IMG/VR virus record: IMGVR_UViG_3300046170_000478
Span: 30,028 to 94,027 of that record
Source of the DNA: a virus
Reading direction: 5' to 3' (one strand)
DNA: 64,000 nt
The notes under the pieces were generated by a model. That model was not told the origin of the DNA. It ran no database searches and worked only from the letters and a program-made list of their open reading frames with translations. This document shows, piece by piece, positions 1 through 10,165 of this stretch. The stretch's first letter is position 1. Each line of letters starts with the position of its first letter. Made by a program: the position numbers and the translations under genes.

Positions 1-603
1 GGTCAGAACTTTGATGAAGTCAATATCCAGACTAAACAGAAAAAAATGTGCGAAAAGCTGCTTTTTTATCTCAAGAGTCCAAGATTTGTTCATTTCATCA
101 ATCAATACTCAACAATCGCAGACAGAGACTTATTTGAAAGCGAATTCGTAAGAACTGTTTGGGATAAGCCAGATTTAACCAACGATGAGTTGAATTTGTA
201 CATAACTGTATGCACGAACTACGTTAGGCAAAAACACATCCAACAAAGAATCGATAAGTTGAACACTATGCTCAATGATACTGATAATGAGCGAGATTTG
301 ACCTTACGCCTTACTGAGCTTATAAAGGCCACTAGTGAGGAGTTGAATCAATGCGAGAAGAGAATTGAATCTTTGACGAAAGACCTTAACGGGAGCCGTC
401 AGGCGCGTTTAAAAGCCAGAGGGGAGCAAAATGGAAGTATCGCGGCTTTGGTGGAGGCGTTTCAAGAGAAAGAAGAGCGAGAACGCATGATTTTGATGGC
501 TGAGATGCAAAATAAGCTGATTGAAGACGAAGCAGATCGATTAGAGTCTATGGACGAATATAAGGCTCGCATTTTAGGAATATCTAAGAAGGAAATTTTA
601 TGA
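1..603 (+). CDS. 5'-truncated coiled-coil protein, possible terminase small subunit
   Basis: Frame is open from base 1, so the true start lies upstream of the window. Helical, charged sequence two genes upstream of TerL. Function is positional inference only. Confidence 0.35.
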   Translation, partial: GQNFDEVNIQTKQKKMCEKLLFYLKSPRFVHFINQYSTIADRDLFESEFVRTVWDKPDLTNDELNLYITVCTNYVRQKHIQQRIDKLNTMLNDTDNERDLTLRLTELIKATSEELNQCEKRIESLTKDLNGSRQARLKARGEQNGSIAALVEAFQEKEERERMILMAEMQNKLIEDEADRLESMDEYKARILGISKKEIL

Positions 604-1553
604 GTGAATTTGTTTGTTTAGAGTGTGGGAAAGAGTTTGATAAAAAAAGGAGCTTCCACGCTCACTTGAAGGCCCATGCGCTTACTATAGGAGATTACTA
701 TGTGAAGCATTATGACAAAAGAGATTTATATACTAACGAAAAGCTCGCTTTTAGAAATTATGACCAATATATGCGCGACAACTTCAATACTTACGATAAT
801 TTTGTTTCTTGGATGGAATCTGCTCCAGAAGAGACTGTGAAAAGCTATATTAGAGGAAGAACTATAGAAAAATTCAAACTAAAAGAAATAAAGGTTTCCC
901 CACCTAATCTTTTTTATGACCTATCGGAAATGGCCAATATATTTTATTATAAAAAATTTTGGGGATCATACTCAAATTTTTTAAAAGAATTAGATGTAGA
1001 ACATTACTTTAACAAAAATCTACCAAAAAAGTTCTGGGATGACTCTCACGAAGATATCCCTATATTCACAGATACAAGAGAGAAGGCTCCACTAACATTT
1101 AATGACTCTATAACTAATAAATTAGATTTTGGAGACTATACCGCCAGAGGCGACCTATACACAAAGACATTTGTAGACAGAAAGGCTCAAGATGATTTCA
1201 GACAGACGTTTGGGAAAGACATTGATCGATTCAGGAGGGAGATGGATAGGTGCGTTGAGTTCAACTCTTTTATGTTTGTTGTGGCAGAGACTTCAATAGA
1301 TAAACTAGAAGACCACAATAAAACCTCTAAGTTCAAATCTAACTTGGGGTACCTGTGGCATAACGTAAGAAATTTAATAATAGATTACCCCAAAAATCTT
1401 CAAATTATTTTCGCTCACAATAGGGCGGGAGTAAAAAAACTAATCCCACTCATATTATATCATGGAACTGATTTATGGAGCGTGGATTTACAATATTTTA
1501 TAGATAAAAGAATAAATGGCTTGGACAAAAGGAAAACAAGGATTTCGGCTTGA
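600..1553 (+). CDS. C2H2 zinc finger + ERCC4/XPF-family nuclease
   Basis: N-terminal CLECGKEF...FHAHLKAH. C-terminal IFTDTREK...LDFGDYT...VDRKAQDD...RFRREMDR...FVVAE matches the ERCC4 DxRE / GDY / ERKx3D pattern. Confidence 0.7.
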   Translation: MSEFVCLECGKEFDKKRSFHAHLKAHALTIGDYYVKHYDKRDLYTNEKLAFRNYDQYMRDNFNTYDNFVSWMESAPEETVKSYIRGRTIEKFKLKEIKVSPPNLFYDLSEMANIFYYKKFWGSYSNFLKELDVEHYFNKNLPKKFWDDSHEDIPIFTDTREKAPLTFNDSITNKLDFGDYTARGDLYTKTFVDRKAQDDFRQTFGKDIDRFRREMDRCVEFNSFMFVVAETSIDKLEDHNKTSKFKSNLGYLWHNVRNLIIDYPKNLQIIFAHNRAGVKKLIPLILYHGTDLWSVDLQYFIDKRINGLDKRKTRISA

Positions 1554-3405
1554 TCACTCCTCTCAGGAACTGAATAACTCTTTAAAGGAGATAGAAGGCA
1601 CAATAAAAGAAGAAGAAGCTAAATATTTATTATATAAGTTTCTGAGGAACAATATCGCTTTTACATCAGAGCTTTTTTTAGGAGTTAAATTATTTCCTTT
1701 CCAAGCTATGGCAATTAAAGGAATGATGGTTTCTGATTATTCTATGTTTGTTTTTTCCCGTGGTATGTCTAAGACGTTCTCCACTGCGGTTTATGTATTG
1801 ATGGAGTGCTTGCTCAACCCAAATGCTAACATTGGTGTTATCGCAGGTAGCTTCAGGCAATCTAAACAGATTTTCCAAAAAATGGAAGATATTGTGAGTA
1901 AACCAGAGGCTAGTCTAATCAAAGAGTGTGGGTTCAGGATTCAGAAGGGAACTGACCAATGGACGATGACTTTAGGCAAATCTAGGGCGATAGCTCTACC
2001 TCTAGCTAATGGAGAAAGGCTCCGTGGATTTCGTTTTAATCGGATTGTATTGGATGAGTTCTTAACTATCCCAGAAAAGATTTTTAACGAAGTTATCATA
2101 CCATTCCTTGGCGTGGTGGAAAATCCTATCGAGAGGGAAGAGCTATACAATCTAGAATCCAGAGTAATCGACAAAGGCGAGATGAAAGATGAGGATAGAT
2201 ATATTTGGCCAAACAACAAGCTTATCATCCTATCATCTCCATCATTTAAGTTTGAGTATATGTATAAATTATATAAAAAATATGAGGATCTTATATTCGG
2301 AGTAGACAAAGAAGAAGATGACGAGGAGGAATTAAAAGATGATGCTTATAGGCTTATTATGCAATTAAGTTATGATTGCGCTCCGACAAGACTGTATGAC
2401 CAAAACCTACTAAAACAAGCTAAGGCAACAATGTCAGAGATGCAGTTTAAAAGAGAGTTTGGCGCACAATTTATTGATGAGAGCGACGGTTACTTTAGAT
2501 TATCTAAAATGGCTGCTTGCACAATCCCTGATGGGGAATTTCCCGCTGTAGAAGTTGTAGGTAATCCTAGCGATGAATATATACTTGCTTTTGACCCTAA
2601 CTGGGCTGGGAATACAAGTGCTGACCATTTTGCAATGCATGTCTTCAAAATAGATAGGGACGCTCAAAAGGTCTGTTTAGTTCATAGCTATGCTATAGCT
2701 GGCGTTTCTCTAAAGCAACATATGGAGTATTTTCTCTACCTGATCCAACACTTTAATATAGTGGGTATATGCGGAGACTACAATGGAGGAGTACAGTTTA
2801 TAAATTCTTGTAATGAGAGCGCTTTATTTAAAGATGCTAAAGTGAAAATTGGAGTAGTTGAAGTTGATCTAGAAAAACCAGAGAATTGGAACTCAGATAT
2901 ATTAAATTTTAAAAATCAATATAATCTAAGAGAGAGAAATTATTGTATTTTAAGAAAACCTACATCTAACTGGATTAGAAATGCTAATGAGATGCTACAG
3001 GCGGCGATAGATCATAAAAGAATTTTATTTGCTTCTAGAGCGATAGATAGTCACTTTGATTCACAAAGGAAAAAGAATATACCTATAGATAAAATAAAAT
3101 GGGATGTCAAAACACCAAAGGCATCCAAGGGTGCCATGATGATTGATCTGATTGATCATCAAAAGTATGTAGTAGAACTTACAAAGTCTGAATGCGCTAA
3201 CATTGAGGTCATAGGGAACCCACAAGGATCACAGGCATTTAACTTGCCTCAAAACCTCAGGAGACAGAAGGGGCCGAATAGAGCAAGAAAAGATTCTTAT
3301 TCTGCCTTGGTTCTGGGCAATTGGTTTGCAAAGGTGTTCTTTGATTCAGAAAATGCTAATGAAGAGAGAAAGCCAGAAGGAACATTTATTCCTTTTGCTA
3401 TTTGA
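1516..3405 (+). CDS. terL: terminase large subunit
   Basis: LFPFQ adenine-binding motif, Walker A-like SRGMSKT, Walker B LRGFRFNRIVLDEF, coupling motif ILSS, nuclease YILAFDP and C-terminal KDSYSAL. Lies directly upstream of the portal. Confidence 0.9.
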   Translation: MAWTKGKQGFRLDHSSQELNNSLKEIEGTIKEEEAKYLLYKFLRNNIAFTSELFLGVKLFPFQAMAIKGMMVSDYSMFVFSRGMSKTFSTAVYVLMECLLNPNANIGVIAGSFRQSKQIFQKMEDIVSKPEASLIKECGFRIQKGTDQWTMTLGKSRAIALPLANGERLRGFRFNRIVLDEFLTIPEKIFNEVIIPFLGVVENPIEREELYNLESRVIDKGEMKDEDRYIWPNNKLIILSSPSFKFEYMYKLYKKYEDLIFGVDKEEDDEEELKDDAYRLIMQLSYDCAPTRLYDQNLLKQAKATMSEMQFKREFGAQFIDESDGYFRLSKMAACTIPDGEFPAVEVVGNPSDEYILAFDPNWAGNTSADHFAMHVFKIDRDAQKVCLVHSYAIAGVSLKQHMEYFLYLIQHFNIVGICGDYNGGVQFINSCNESALFKDAKVKIGVVEVDLEKPENWNSDILNFKNQYNLRERNYCILRKPTSNWIRNANEMLQAAIDHKRILFASRAIDSHFDSQRKKNIPIDKIKWDVKTPKASKGAMMIDLIDHQKYVVELTKSECANIEVIGNPQGSQAFNLPQNLRRQKGPNRARKDSYSALVLGNWFAKVFFDSENANEERKPEGTFIPFAI

Positions 3406-3434
3406 AAAGTTCTAAAGTCACTTTTATAACTTTA

Positions 3435-3440
3435 GTGTAA
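3435..3440 (+). promoter_or_regulatory. GTGTAA putative late-promoter element (portal)
   Basis: Hexamer 8 nt before the portal ATG. The same motif recurs before about a dozen genes. Confidence 0.6.
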
Positions 3441-3448
3441 ACTTTGAT

Positions 3449-5404
3449 ATGGCTCGTAGATATACTAAACGCTCTGAATATTGGGAAAAGTTCAATAAGA
3501 AAAAAATTCCACTTGAAAACCTAATTCAACCTCAAGACGAGGGTTTTCAGCCAGAACTAATTGGAGAACCTGTTTTCAGCTCTGAGTCGTCTCGTTTAGA
3601 CTCTCCCACAGCTAGAACGAAAGCTCGTACCAATGCTGTTGCCACTTCAGGCTTAGGTAATAAATTTGAGAATATCAAAAACGGAATCTTACCGTTTAAC
3701 TATGAGAAAGACTCTGCAGACGCTAAAGAAGCAGTAGAACTTTGTCAAAAAGCTTATTTTAATATTTCTTCTTTTAAAGGAACGATTGATCTTTTGTCTG
3801 AATTTGCTGACTCGGAAGTATATCTTGAGGGGGGTACAGAAAAATCTAGAAAATTTATCGACGCTTGGTTTAAAAGAATCAAGATGCATGATTTAAAACA
3901 ACAATACTTCAGAGAGTATTACCGATCAGGCAACGTCTTCTTTTATAGAGTAGATGGGAAAATACCTCTTAAAAATTCGCAAAAAATGCTAGAAGCTTAT
4001 GGGGCTAGTTCTAGGAAAGAAATCCCTATTAGATACCTTTTAATCAACCCTACAGATATCGCAACCAAAGGCTCTGTTTCGTTTAGTGGCTATGAATATT
4101 TTAAAGTATTATCTCCATTTGAAATTTCTCGACTGCAAAAGCCAGAGACAGAGCATGAGCTAGAAATGTTTAAATCCTTGCCAGAAGACGTTCAAGAAGC
4201 GCTTAAATCAGGGAAGAATGCTTATGCAATGACTAGAGTTCAAATTAAACTTGACCCACAATTATTGCATGTTGTTTTTGCTAAAAAGCAAGACTACGAA
4301 CCTTTAGCGATACCCTTGGGTTATTCTGTTCTTGATGATATCAATAGAAAAATAGAATTGAAGAATATCGATCAGGCAATTAGTCGTTCTATTGAGAATG
4401 TAGTTTTATTAGTAACAATGGGCAATGAGCCAGATAAGGGTGGAGTCAATCACCGAAACCTAGCTGCAATGCAGCAAATATTTAAGAATCAGAGCGTTGG
4501 TCGGGTTCTTGTTTCTGACTATACGACAAAAGCAGATTTTATCATTCCAGATATCCGTAAAGTCGTAGGCCCAGAAAAATACGAAGTCTTAAACAGAGAT
4601 ATTGAACAAGGTTTACAGAATATTCTTATAGGGGAATCTAAATATTCAGATACTCAGATCAAAATGAAGGTTTTCTTCCAGAGATTAGAAGAGTCTCGTA
4701 GAGCCTTCCTAAATGACTTTATTAATCCCGAGATCAGAAGAATATGCAAGGCTGCTGGCCTTCGTTCTTGGCCAGAAGCTAAATTTGTTAGGACAGATAC
4801 AATGGACGACAATAACCTGTCAAAGTTGGCCACAAGATTGATGGAGTTGGGAGTCCTTACCCCAGAACAAGGCATGAAGGTTGTCCACACTGGAGTTTTC
4901 CCTCAAGCTTCTGACATGCAAGTAGCTCAAGATAAATTCAAGGAAGAACGTGAAAAAGGGCATTACATGCCTCTTGTGAATACAATTAATTTGTATAATG
5001 AGGAGGGAGAGGGTTCTCCAGAGCCAAACAGACCTCAAGCTATTGCACCGTCTGGAGGAAGACCTATTGGAGTTTCTAATTCTTCTTACTCAAAGAAAAA
5101 CATTGTAGAAGCCACCAAAAGAATCAACGAACTTGAGATTTTAGCTTTCAGAGAATTCGCTTCAAAGTTTGGACTTAAAAGGATGTCAAAGCAAAAGAAA
5201 GAGATGGTAACTCAAGTCTGTGAATCTATTGTTATAGCGAAAGATAGTGGTGATTGGGAGTCTACTTTATCAGAAATAGTTGAAGACTTGGACAAGCTAT
5301 CTTCTCTCGCAGTAAATCAAAAAGTACTAGAATTGGGCTGCCAACATCAGCTAGATGACTTAGCTTCTGCTATTTTATATCATTCAACTCAAATTTGCGT
5401 GTAA
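3449..5404 (+). CDS. portal protein
   Basis: 651 aa between TerL and the protease. Contains FREYYRSGNVFFYR and a C-terminal GGRP motif typical of large-phage portals. Confidence 0.8.
   Translation: MARRYTKRSEYWEKFNKKKIPLENLIQPQDEGFQPELIGEPVFSSESSRLDSPTARTKARTNAVATSGLGNKFENIKNGILPFNYEKDSADAKEAVELCQKAYFNISSFKGTIDLLSEFADSEVYLEGGTEKSRKFIDAWFKRIKMHDLKQQYFREYYRSGNVFFYRVDGKIPLKNSQKMLEAYGASSRKEIPIRYLLINPTDIATKGSVSFSGYEYFKVLSPFEISRLQKPETEHELEMFKSLPEDVQEALKSGKNAYAMTRVQIKLDPQLLHVVFAKKQDYEPLAIPLGYSVLDDINRKIELKNIDQAISRSIENVVLLVTMGNEPDKGGVNHRNLAAMQQIFKNQSVGRVLVSDYTTKADFIIPDIRKVVGPEKYEVLNRDIEQGLQNILIGESKYSDTQIKMKVFFQRLEESRRAFLNDFINPEIRRICKAAGLRSWPEAKFVRTDTMDDNNLSKLATRLMELGVLTPEQGMKVVHTGVFPQASDMQVAQDKFKEEREKGHYMPLVNTINLYNEEGEGSPEPNRPQAIAPSGGRPIGVSNSSYSKKNIVEATKRINELEILAFREFASKFGLKRMSKQKKEMVTQVCESIVIAKDSGDWESTLSEIVEDLDKLSSLAVNQKVLELGCQHQLDDLASAILYHSTQICV
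5399..5404 (+). promoter_or_regulatory. GTGTAA putative late-promoter element (protease/scaffold)
   Basis: 8 nt before ATG 5413. Overlaps the portal stop codon. Confidence 0.55.
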
Positions 5405-5412
5405 TAAAAACT

Positions 5413-6912
5413 ATGTCATTGGATGATTTTAATATTTGTTTATTTGAAGGTAAAGTAAGGGAGATTAAAAATGAGGAGTTTGAGTTATTCGGGCTTTCTC
5501 AAGGCTCCATCCAAGAAGCTGCAGAATCTTTATTGCCAGAGGACTTTAATCCAGAAGAGAATATCGATGTTTTGCCTGTCGTCTTTAACTTGGCGAAGGT
5601 GAACGAGTTTAATAAAAATGGAGATGGTATTGATGCAGAAACAGCTATAGCGGCAGTAAAACGTTTCATTAATAAGCCAATCAACATTGAGCACAAAAAA
5701 GATAAAATTGTTGGTCACATGATTAACGCCTCTTTCTCTGATAAGGAGTTTGACTTTAAGGATAATGACATTGAATCTTATGCTGATAAAAAAGAACCTT
5801 TTTATATTAATGCCGCAGGATTGATTTATAAATCTGTTTATCCAGAATTAGCAGAGGCTATCACAGAAGCCTCTGAAGAAGAGGAGCCGTCTTATCAAAG
5901 TATCTCTACCAGCTGGGAGCTAGCATTCAAGCAGTTTGAAGTGGCTGTTGGATCTAAATATCTAAACGAATCTAGCATCGCAGAAGGTGCTGAGAAAGAA
6001 GATCTAAAACAATATATTAGAGGATTAGGAGGGAAGGGAGTCGATAAAAATGGTAATCCTGTGAATAGATTAATCGTCGGCCAAACTTATCCCTTGGGGG
6101 CAGCATTAACTAAAAATCCTGCCGCAGCAGTGAAGGGAGTTTATACAACAAAAAATGCTTTAGATAATAAAAAAGTAGAAAAAATTTCCCGAAATAGTAA
6201 TATTAATGTAAACTCAAACAAATTAAAAAGTATTTTTAATATGGATAACGAACAATTTGATCAATTAATCTGTCAGTTGACCAAGAGTGTTGCTTCTGCT
6301 GTGAAGGAAGGCTCTGAGGCTAAAACTGTTAGCGAAAGTATTCGTGATACTCTCGTAGAACACAACGAGTCTTGGACTTCCAAGATGAAAGTTGAGCAGG
6401 AAGCTAAGGCTAAAGCCGAAGCTGAGCTTAGTGAGTTGCAAGACTCTTTTAAGCAAACAAAAGAAGAACTAGACGCTCTTAGGGGTGAGGTTGAAGCAAA
6501 AGCTGCTGTTGACCTTTTCAATGACCGTATGAACTTTATTGATAGCGATTATGACCTTAACGAGAAAGAACTCGCTTTGGTCACTGCTGAAGTAAAAGAT
6601 CTAGGTTCTTCCGAAGAAAATTTTAATTCCTATAAGGAAAAGCTTGAAGTGATTTTTGCTCACAAACTCAAAAAGAATATTGAGGCAAAAGAAGCAGAAA
6701 TTAAAGCTCGTATCGACGAAGCAGTGGCTAGCCGTGAAGAAGGTGACGAACCTGAAGAAGAAGCTGCTGACGAAGAAGAGTCGGAAGAAGAGCTTGAGGT
6801 TGAAGGGGAAGAGGCTGAAGCTTCCATCCCTAATAACAACGCTGAAGCAAGCGAACAAATTTCTTTTGTCGAGAGGCTTAAGAAGAACTTCTCTGTAGAA
6901 GTTGCAAACTAA
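5413..6912 (+). CDS. prohead protease fused to coiled-coil acidic scaffold
   Basis: NKNGDGI, FINKPINIEH..IVGH, SWEL and GAALTKNPAA motifs of HK97/herpes-type maturation proteases, followed by an E/K/A-rich coiled coil. Start moved to ATG 5413 (ORF track gives TTG 5395). Confidence 0.75.
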   Translation: MSLDDFNICLFEGKVREIKNEEFELFGLSQGSIQEAAESLLPEDFNPEENIDVLPVVFNLAKVNEFNKNGDGIDAETAIAAVKRFINKPINIEHKKDKIVGHMINASFSDKEFDFKDNDIESYADKKEPFYINAAGLIYKSVYPELAEAITEASEEEEPSYQSISTSWELAFKQFEVAVGSKYLNESSIAEGAEKEDLKQYIRGLGGKGVDKNGNPVNRLIVGQTYPLGAALTKNPAAAVKGVYTTKNALDNKKVEKISRNSNINVNSNKLKSIFNMDNEQFDQLICQLTKSVASAVKEGSEAKTVSESIRDTLVEHNESWTSKMKVEQEAKAKAEAELSELQDSFKQTKEELDALRGEVEAKAAVDLFNDRMNFIDSDYDLNEKELALVTAEVKDLGSSEENFNSYKEKLEVIFAHKLKKNIEAKEAEIKARIDEAVASREEGDEPEEEAADEEESEEELEVEGEEAEASIPNNNAEASEQISFVERLKKNFSVEVAN

Positions 6913-6932
6913 AAAATTAACAATTATATATT

Positions 6933-7562
6933 ATGGCTAACGAAATTACACGTTTATTGCCGTTTCGTCAATATGACGAGAATGATGTTATCAACTTCTA
7001 TTCTCTTGATGCCGAAACGGGTGAGGCGGGTTCTGTTGTTAAGGTAAGCGCTGCTAACCTTTCCGACGATCCTGTCAGTTATGTTGAGCGAGGCGATGCC
7101 GACTCGTATCAATCCACTATGGGTAAGGGTCTTTCCCTTTACCCCGAAGTACCTTACAAGGTGACCAAAATGGTCACTACTGGAGGTAATGCTAAAGCTC
7201 TCGGAATTCTTTTGCGCGATGTTCGCTCTAAAGATGAAAACGGAGAGAACCTTCTATACTACCCACAGAAGAAAGAAGAACTTCAGTGTGTTGTATCTGG
7301 CGAAGCGGTTCCTATCGCTACAAAGGGTATTTTCACAATCAACGCAAATGGTCTCACAAATGGAGTCGCACCTACTGTTAATCAGTTCGCTATACCTTCT
7401 TTGAATGGAACTATTTCTGGGATCACTAGTACTGCAGGTAACCACGGTCAACATCACACTCATTCAATCGGAACCTTCATTGGAACTGGACTTCGTGAGT
7501 CACAAGGTGGAACGACTGATGCTTTCGCAGGTGCTTACGCAATTCTTAAACTTAACTGCTAA
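6933..7562 (+). CDS. capsid decoration/cement protein (putative)
   Basis: 209 aa between scaffold and capsid genes. G/T-rich beta-type sequence with ALGILL and VPIATKGIF motifs. Confidence 0.55.
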   Translation: MANEITRLLPFRQYDENDVINFYSLDAETGEAGSVVKVSAANLSDDPVSYVERGDADSYQSTMGKGLSLYPEVPYKVTKMVTTGGNAKALGILLRDVRSKDENGENLLYYPQKKEELQCVVSGEAVPIATKGIFTINANGLTNGVAPTVNQFAIPSLNGTISGITSTAGNHGQHHTHSIGTFIGTGLRESQGGTTDAFAGAYAILKLNC

Positions 7563-7573
7563 TATTTACGAAA

Positions 7574-8713
7574 ATGAAAATCACAATTAAAAGAACTGAA
7601 GATCAGTTAGCTCTTATTAGAGCAATGGGATCTAATAATCGTGAAGAGGCTTATGAGGCTCAGGCGGCAGTTGCAGAACTGCTCGGACCTGTTGTATCTG
7701 AAGTTATTAACAACGCTCCTACTATTGGAAATCTCTATACGACGATTTCTTATGGAGAAGATGATAATCCTTCTCTTCCTTTGGACCTTTTCCACGACAT
7801 CACTGACGAGGACTACATTGAAGTGTATTCTCAGCAGGTCGCTGGTGGGCTTCCATACAGTCAAGTCTTCCCCGCTCACAATGAGTTGAAGTTTAGCACT
7901 TACACCTTGGACAGTGCTCTTGCGTTTGATCGCAAGTACGTCCGTAAGGCTCGCCTCGATGTTGTAAGCAAGACTTTCACTCGGATGGCTCAAGAAGTTC
8001 TGCTCAAGCAAACGACTACCGCTTTCAACGTTCTCGCTACCGCTTTGGTAAAAGGAACTGGAACTGGAACAACCGCTGGAGGAAGCATCATTGGTTCTTC
8101 TGCGGCTGACCGTTTTGTCCTTGCAGACTTTAATAACCTGATTACCAAGAGCAAGCGTATCAATAGCTCCTTCAGTGGAGGAACTCCTGTTGGTGGCGTT
8201 AAATCTGGTATTTCTGATCTCCTTGTTTCTCCAGAAATGGTCGAGGAGCTTCGGGCAATGGCTTATAACCCAATCAACACCGCTGAAGCCCCTTACGGAT
8301 CTGCAGTTAAGGACAGTCTTCCTGCTCCTGATGCTCTTCGTCAAGAACTCTTCAGTGCTGCTGGTCTTCCTTCTTTCTACGGAATTAATGTTATGGAGAT
8401 CAACGAGATGGGCATCGGACAACGCTTCAATAAGCTCTTTGGTGCTGTTGTTGCTTCCGAAGGTGCTACTGTTATCGGTGGTGGAGGATCTGGAACTTGG
8501 GTAACTGGTGATGATGAAATTCTCATCGGTATCGACCGTTCTAAGGATGCTCTTATCCGTCCTACCGTTGTTGGTGAGGGATCACCATCTGAATTCCAAG
8601 TCCTTGTTGACGATCAGTTCTCTGTTCGTCAGAACAAGATTGGATACTACGGTAAAGTTGAAGAGGGTCGTATTTGCATCGACAATACAGCTCTTATCGG
8701 CTTGGTGGTATAA
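7574..8713 (+). CDS. major capsid protein
   Basis: 379 aa in the canonical position, followed by a strong terminator. DLLVSPE and QNKIGYYGKVEEG are consistent with the HK97 fold. Confidence 0.85.
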   Translation: MKITIKRTEDQLALIRAMGSNNREEAYEAQAAVAELLGPVVSEVINNAPTIGNLYTTISYGEDDNPSLPLDLFHDITDEDYIEVYSQQVAGGLPYSQVFPAHNELKFSTYTLDSALAFDRKYVRKARLDVVSKTFTRMAQEVLLKQTTTAFNVLATALVKGTGTGTTAGGSIIGSSAADRFVLADFNNLITKSKRINSSFSGGTPVGGVKSGISDLLVSPEMVEELRAMAYNPINTAEAPYGSAVKDSLPAPDALRQELFSAAGLPSFYGINVMEINEMGIGQRFNKLFGAVVASEGATVIGGGGSGTWVTGDDEILIGIDRSKDALIRPTVVGEGSPSEFQVLVDDQFSVRQNKIGYYGKVEEGRICIDNTALIGLVV

Positions 8714-8737
8714 TCAACCTGATGTTACTTATAAAGA

Positions 8738-8770
8738 GAGTCGCTCCATAAGGGGCGGCTCTTTTTTTTT
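8738..8770 (+). terminator. intrinsic terminator after capsid gene
   Basis: GAGTCGCTCC-ATAA-GGGGCGGCTC hairpin (with G:U pairs) followed by T9. Confidence 0.85.
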
Positions 8771-8797
8771 GATTTTTATCTAAATTTTAACTATTAT
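8769..8797 (+). promoter_or_regulatory. sigma70-type promoter, leaderless
   Basis: TTGATT-N17-TATTAT, ending 5 nt before ATG 8803. Confidence 0.6.
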
Positions 8798-8802
8798 GTA
8801 TT

Positions 8803-9225
8803 ATGAGTGAGAAAAAACCAGCAAAGAAAATGAAAGCTTCAAAGGGAATTGAAAAGAAACACTTAGAGGAGTTTGATGTCACTGATGGTAAGCACAGGAG
8901 TTCCAAGGAGGAACAGATTGAACATGTAAAAGAACTAGAGGATCTATTGGGTATGCCTCAAATGAATCCTTATGGGACACTACATCGAGACGTTTTCAGG
9001 CAACGTCTAGATTCTTGCAATGCTTCTGAATTAACTGATTTAGCAGCTAGAGTTGGCATCCCGAGAGAGAGAAACATGAACCTGCTGAGAAAATCTTTGA
9101 TGAAATCTTTTGATTTTTATGTACAGAAACACAATGTAACAGTTCAGGGTTCATCTAAACCAATTTTAGATCCAAGTTCCCCAGACTACGAATCTACTGT
9201 AAGGTTATTTAAAGAAGGTTTTTAA
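8803..9225 (+). CDS. hypothetical protein
   Basis: 140-aa ORF with its own promoter. No recognised motif. Confidence 0.6.
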   Translation: MSEKKPAKKMKASKGIEKKHLEEFDVTDGKHRSSKEEQIEHVKELEDLLGMPQMNPYGTLHRDVFRQRLDSCNASELTDLAARVGIPRERNMNLLRKSLMKSFDFYVQKHNVTVQGSSKPILDPSSPDYESTVRLFKEGF

Positions 9226-9228
9226 TTA

Positions 9229-9717
9229 ATGAATGATCTTGGAGTTTTAGCTACTGACATTGTCACATATGATTTCCCTAATGATACGGGGTCATATAAT
9301 GTTGGATTTGTTTCTGGGTGGCTGGAAACTAATATTGGAGAGTTTAATGGGCTTATACATGAAGAATTTTCAGTAGACTCTACTGGAGCGATCTTGATGG
9401 ATAATACAGGTCTAGCTGAAGTAGAAAAGAATATTTTTTCTAAATTGTATGAGATCTGGTATTACCAAAAATCAGCAAGAGAATCTCTAAGATCATTTAC
9501 TTATTCTGATTCTGTAGATTGGGTGACCATTAAAGAAGGTGACACGACAATCCAGAGACAGAATAAAAACTCTGTAGCCAAAACGTATAAGGATTTAGGA
9601 GAACAAGCTCAAGAAGCTCTTGATGGACTCCTTTTCCAGTATAACTATCAAAAATCTTCCCCTGTTCAAGTTGCAGGGACAGATGGAACTTTTAACTTGT
9701 CTGGTCAATTAGTTTAA
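9229..9717 (+). CDS. head-tail adaptor (putative)
   Basis: Position after the capsid gene. Helical N-terminus plus the TIKEGDTTIQR hairpin typical of adaptors. Confidence 0.5.
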   Translation: MNDLGVLATDIVTYDFPNDTGSYNVGFVSGWLETNIGEFNGLIHEEFSVDSTGAILMDNTGLAEVEKNIFSKLYEIWYYQKSARESLRSFTYSDSVDWVTIKEGDTTIQRQNKNSVAKTYKDLGEQAQEALDGLLFQYNYQKSSPVQVAGTDGTFNLSGQLV

Positions 9718-9718
9718 T

Positions 9719-10165
9719 ATGCCCTCCTTACTCACAGACGCTGAAAAATCCGCTATTAATTCTGCTTTAAGTAGCATTCATGATACATTTGCTAGAAACA
9801 TCTTTATCTACGTCAAGGAGGCTTCTGTGGTCCCAGCTGAGCTTAATTTTAACCCTTTGTATGGCAGAAATAAAAACGCAGCCAAAATCTCTTCTGAGAT
9901 AACTCTGACCAAGTACACGTTCCCTGCTCGCATTTATTATAAAAACGAACAAAAAGAAGATATACTAGATGGGAACGGACAAATGAATCTTGTAGGATCA
10001 GAAGGCCAAATTAGAGTCAAAATAAAAGCTGACGCATACGAAAAACTTAAGATTTGTTCAAAGATAGAAGTTGATGATCAACTCTTTGTAATTGATGGAG
10101 ATGCAAAAATCATCGGACCATTTGATACCCAATTTTACTCGATCTTTTTGAAACGTGAAAACTAA
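9719..10165 (+). CDS. head closure/stopper protein (putative)
   Basis: Position and size. Beta-rich C-terminus KIEVDDQLFVI...YSIFLKR. Confidence 0.5.
   Translation: MPSLLTDAEKSAINSALSSIHDTFARNIFIYVKEASVVPAELNFNPLYGRNKNAAKISSEITLTKYTFPARIYYKNEQKEDILDGNGQMNLVGSEGQIRVKIKADAYEKLKICSKIEVDDQLFVIDGDAKIIGPFDTQFYSIFLKREN

Noticed and set aside
7607-8422. 271-aa antisense ORF within the capsid gene
   Set aside because: Shadow ORF expected from the codon bias of a highly expressed gene. No promoter or protein motifs.
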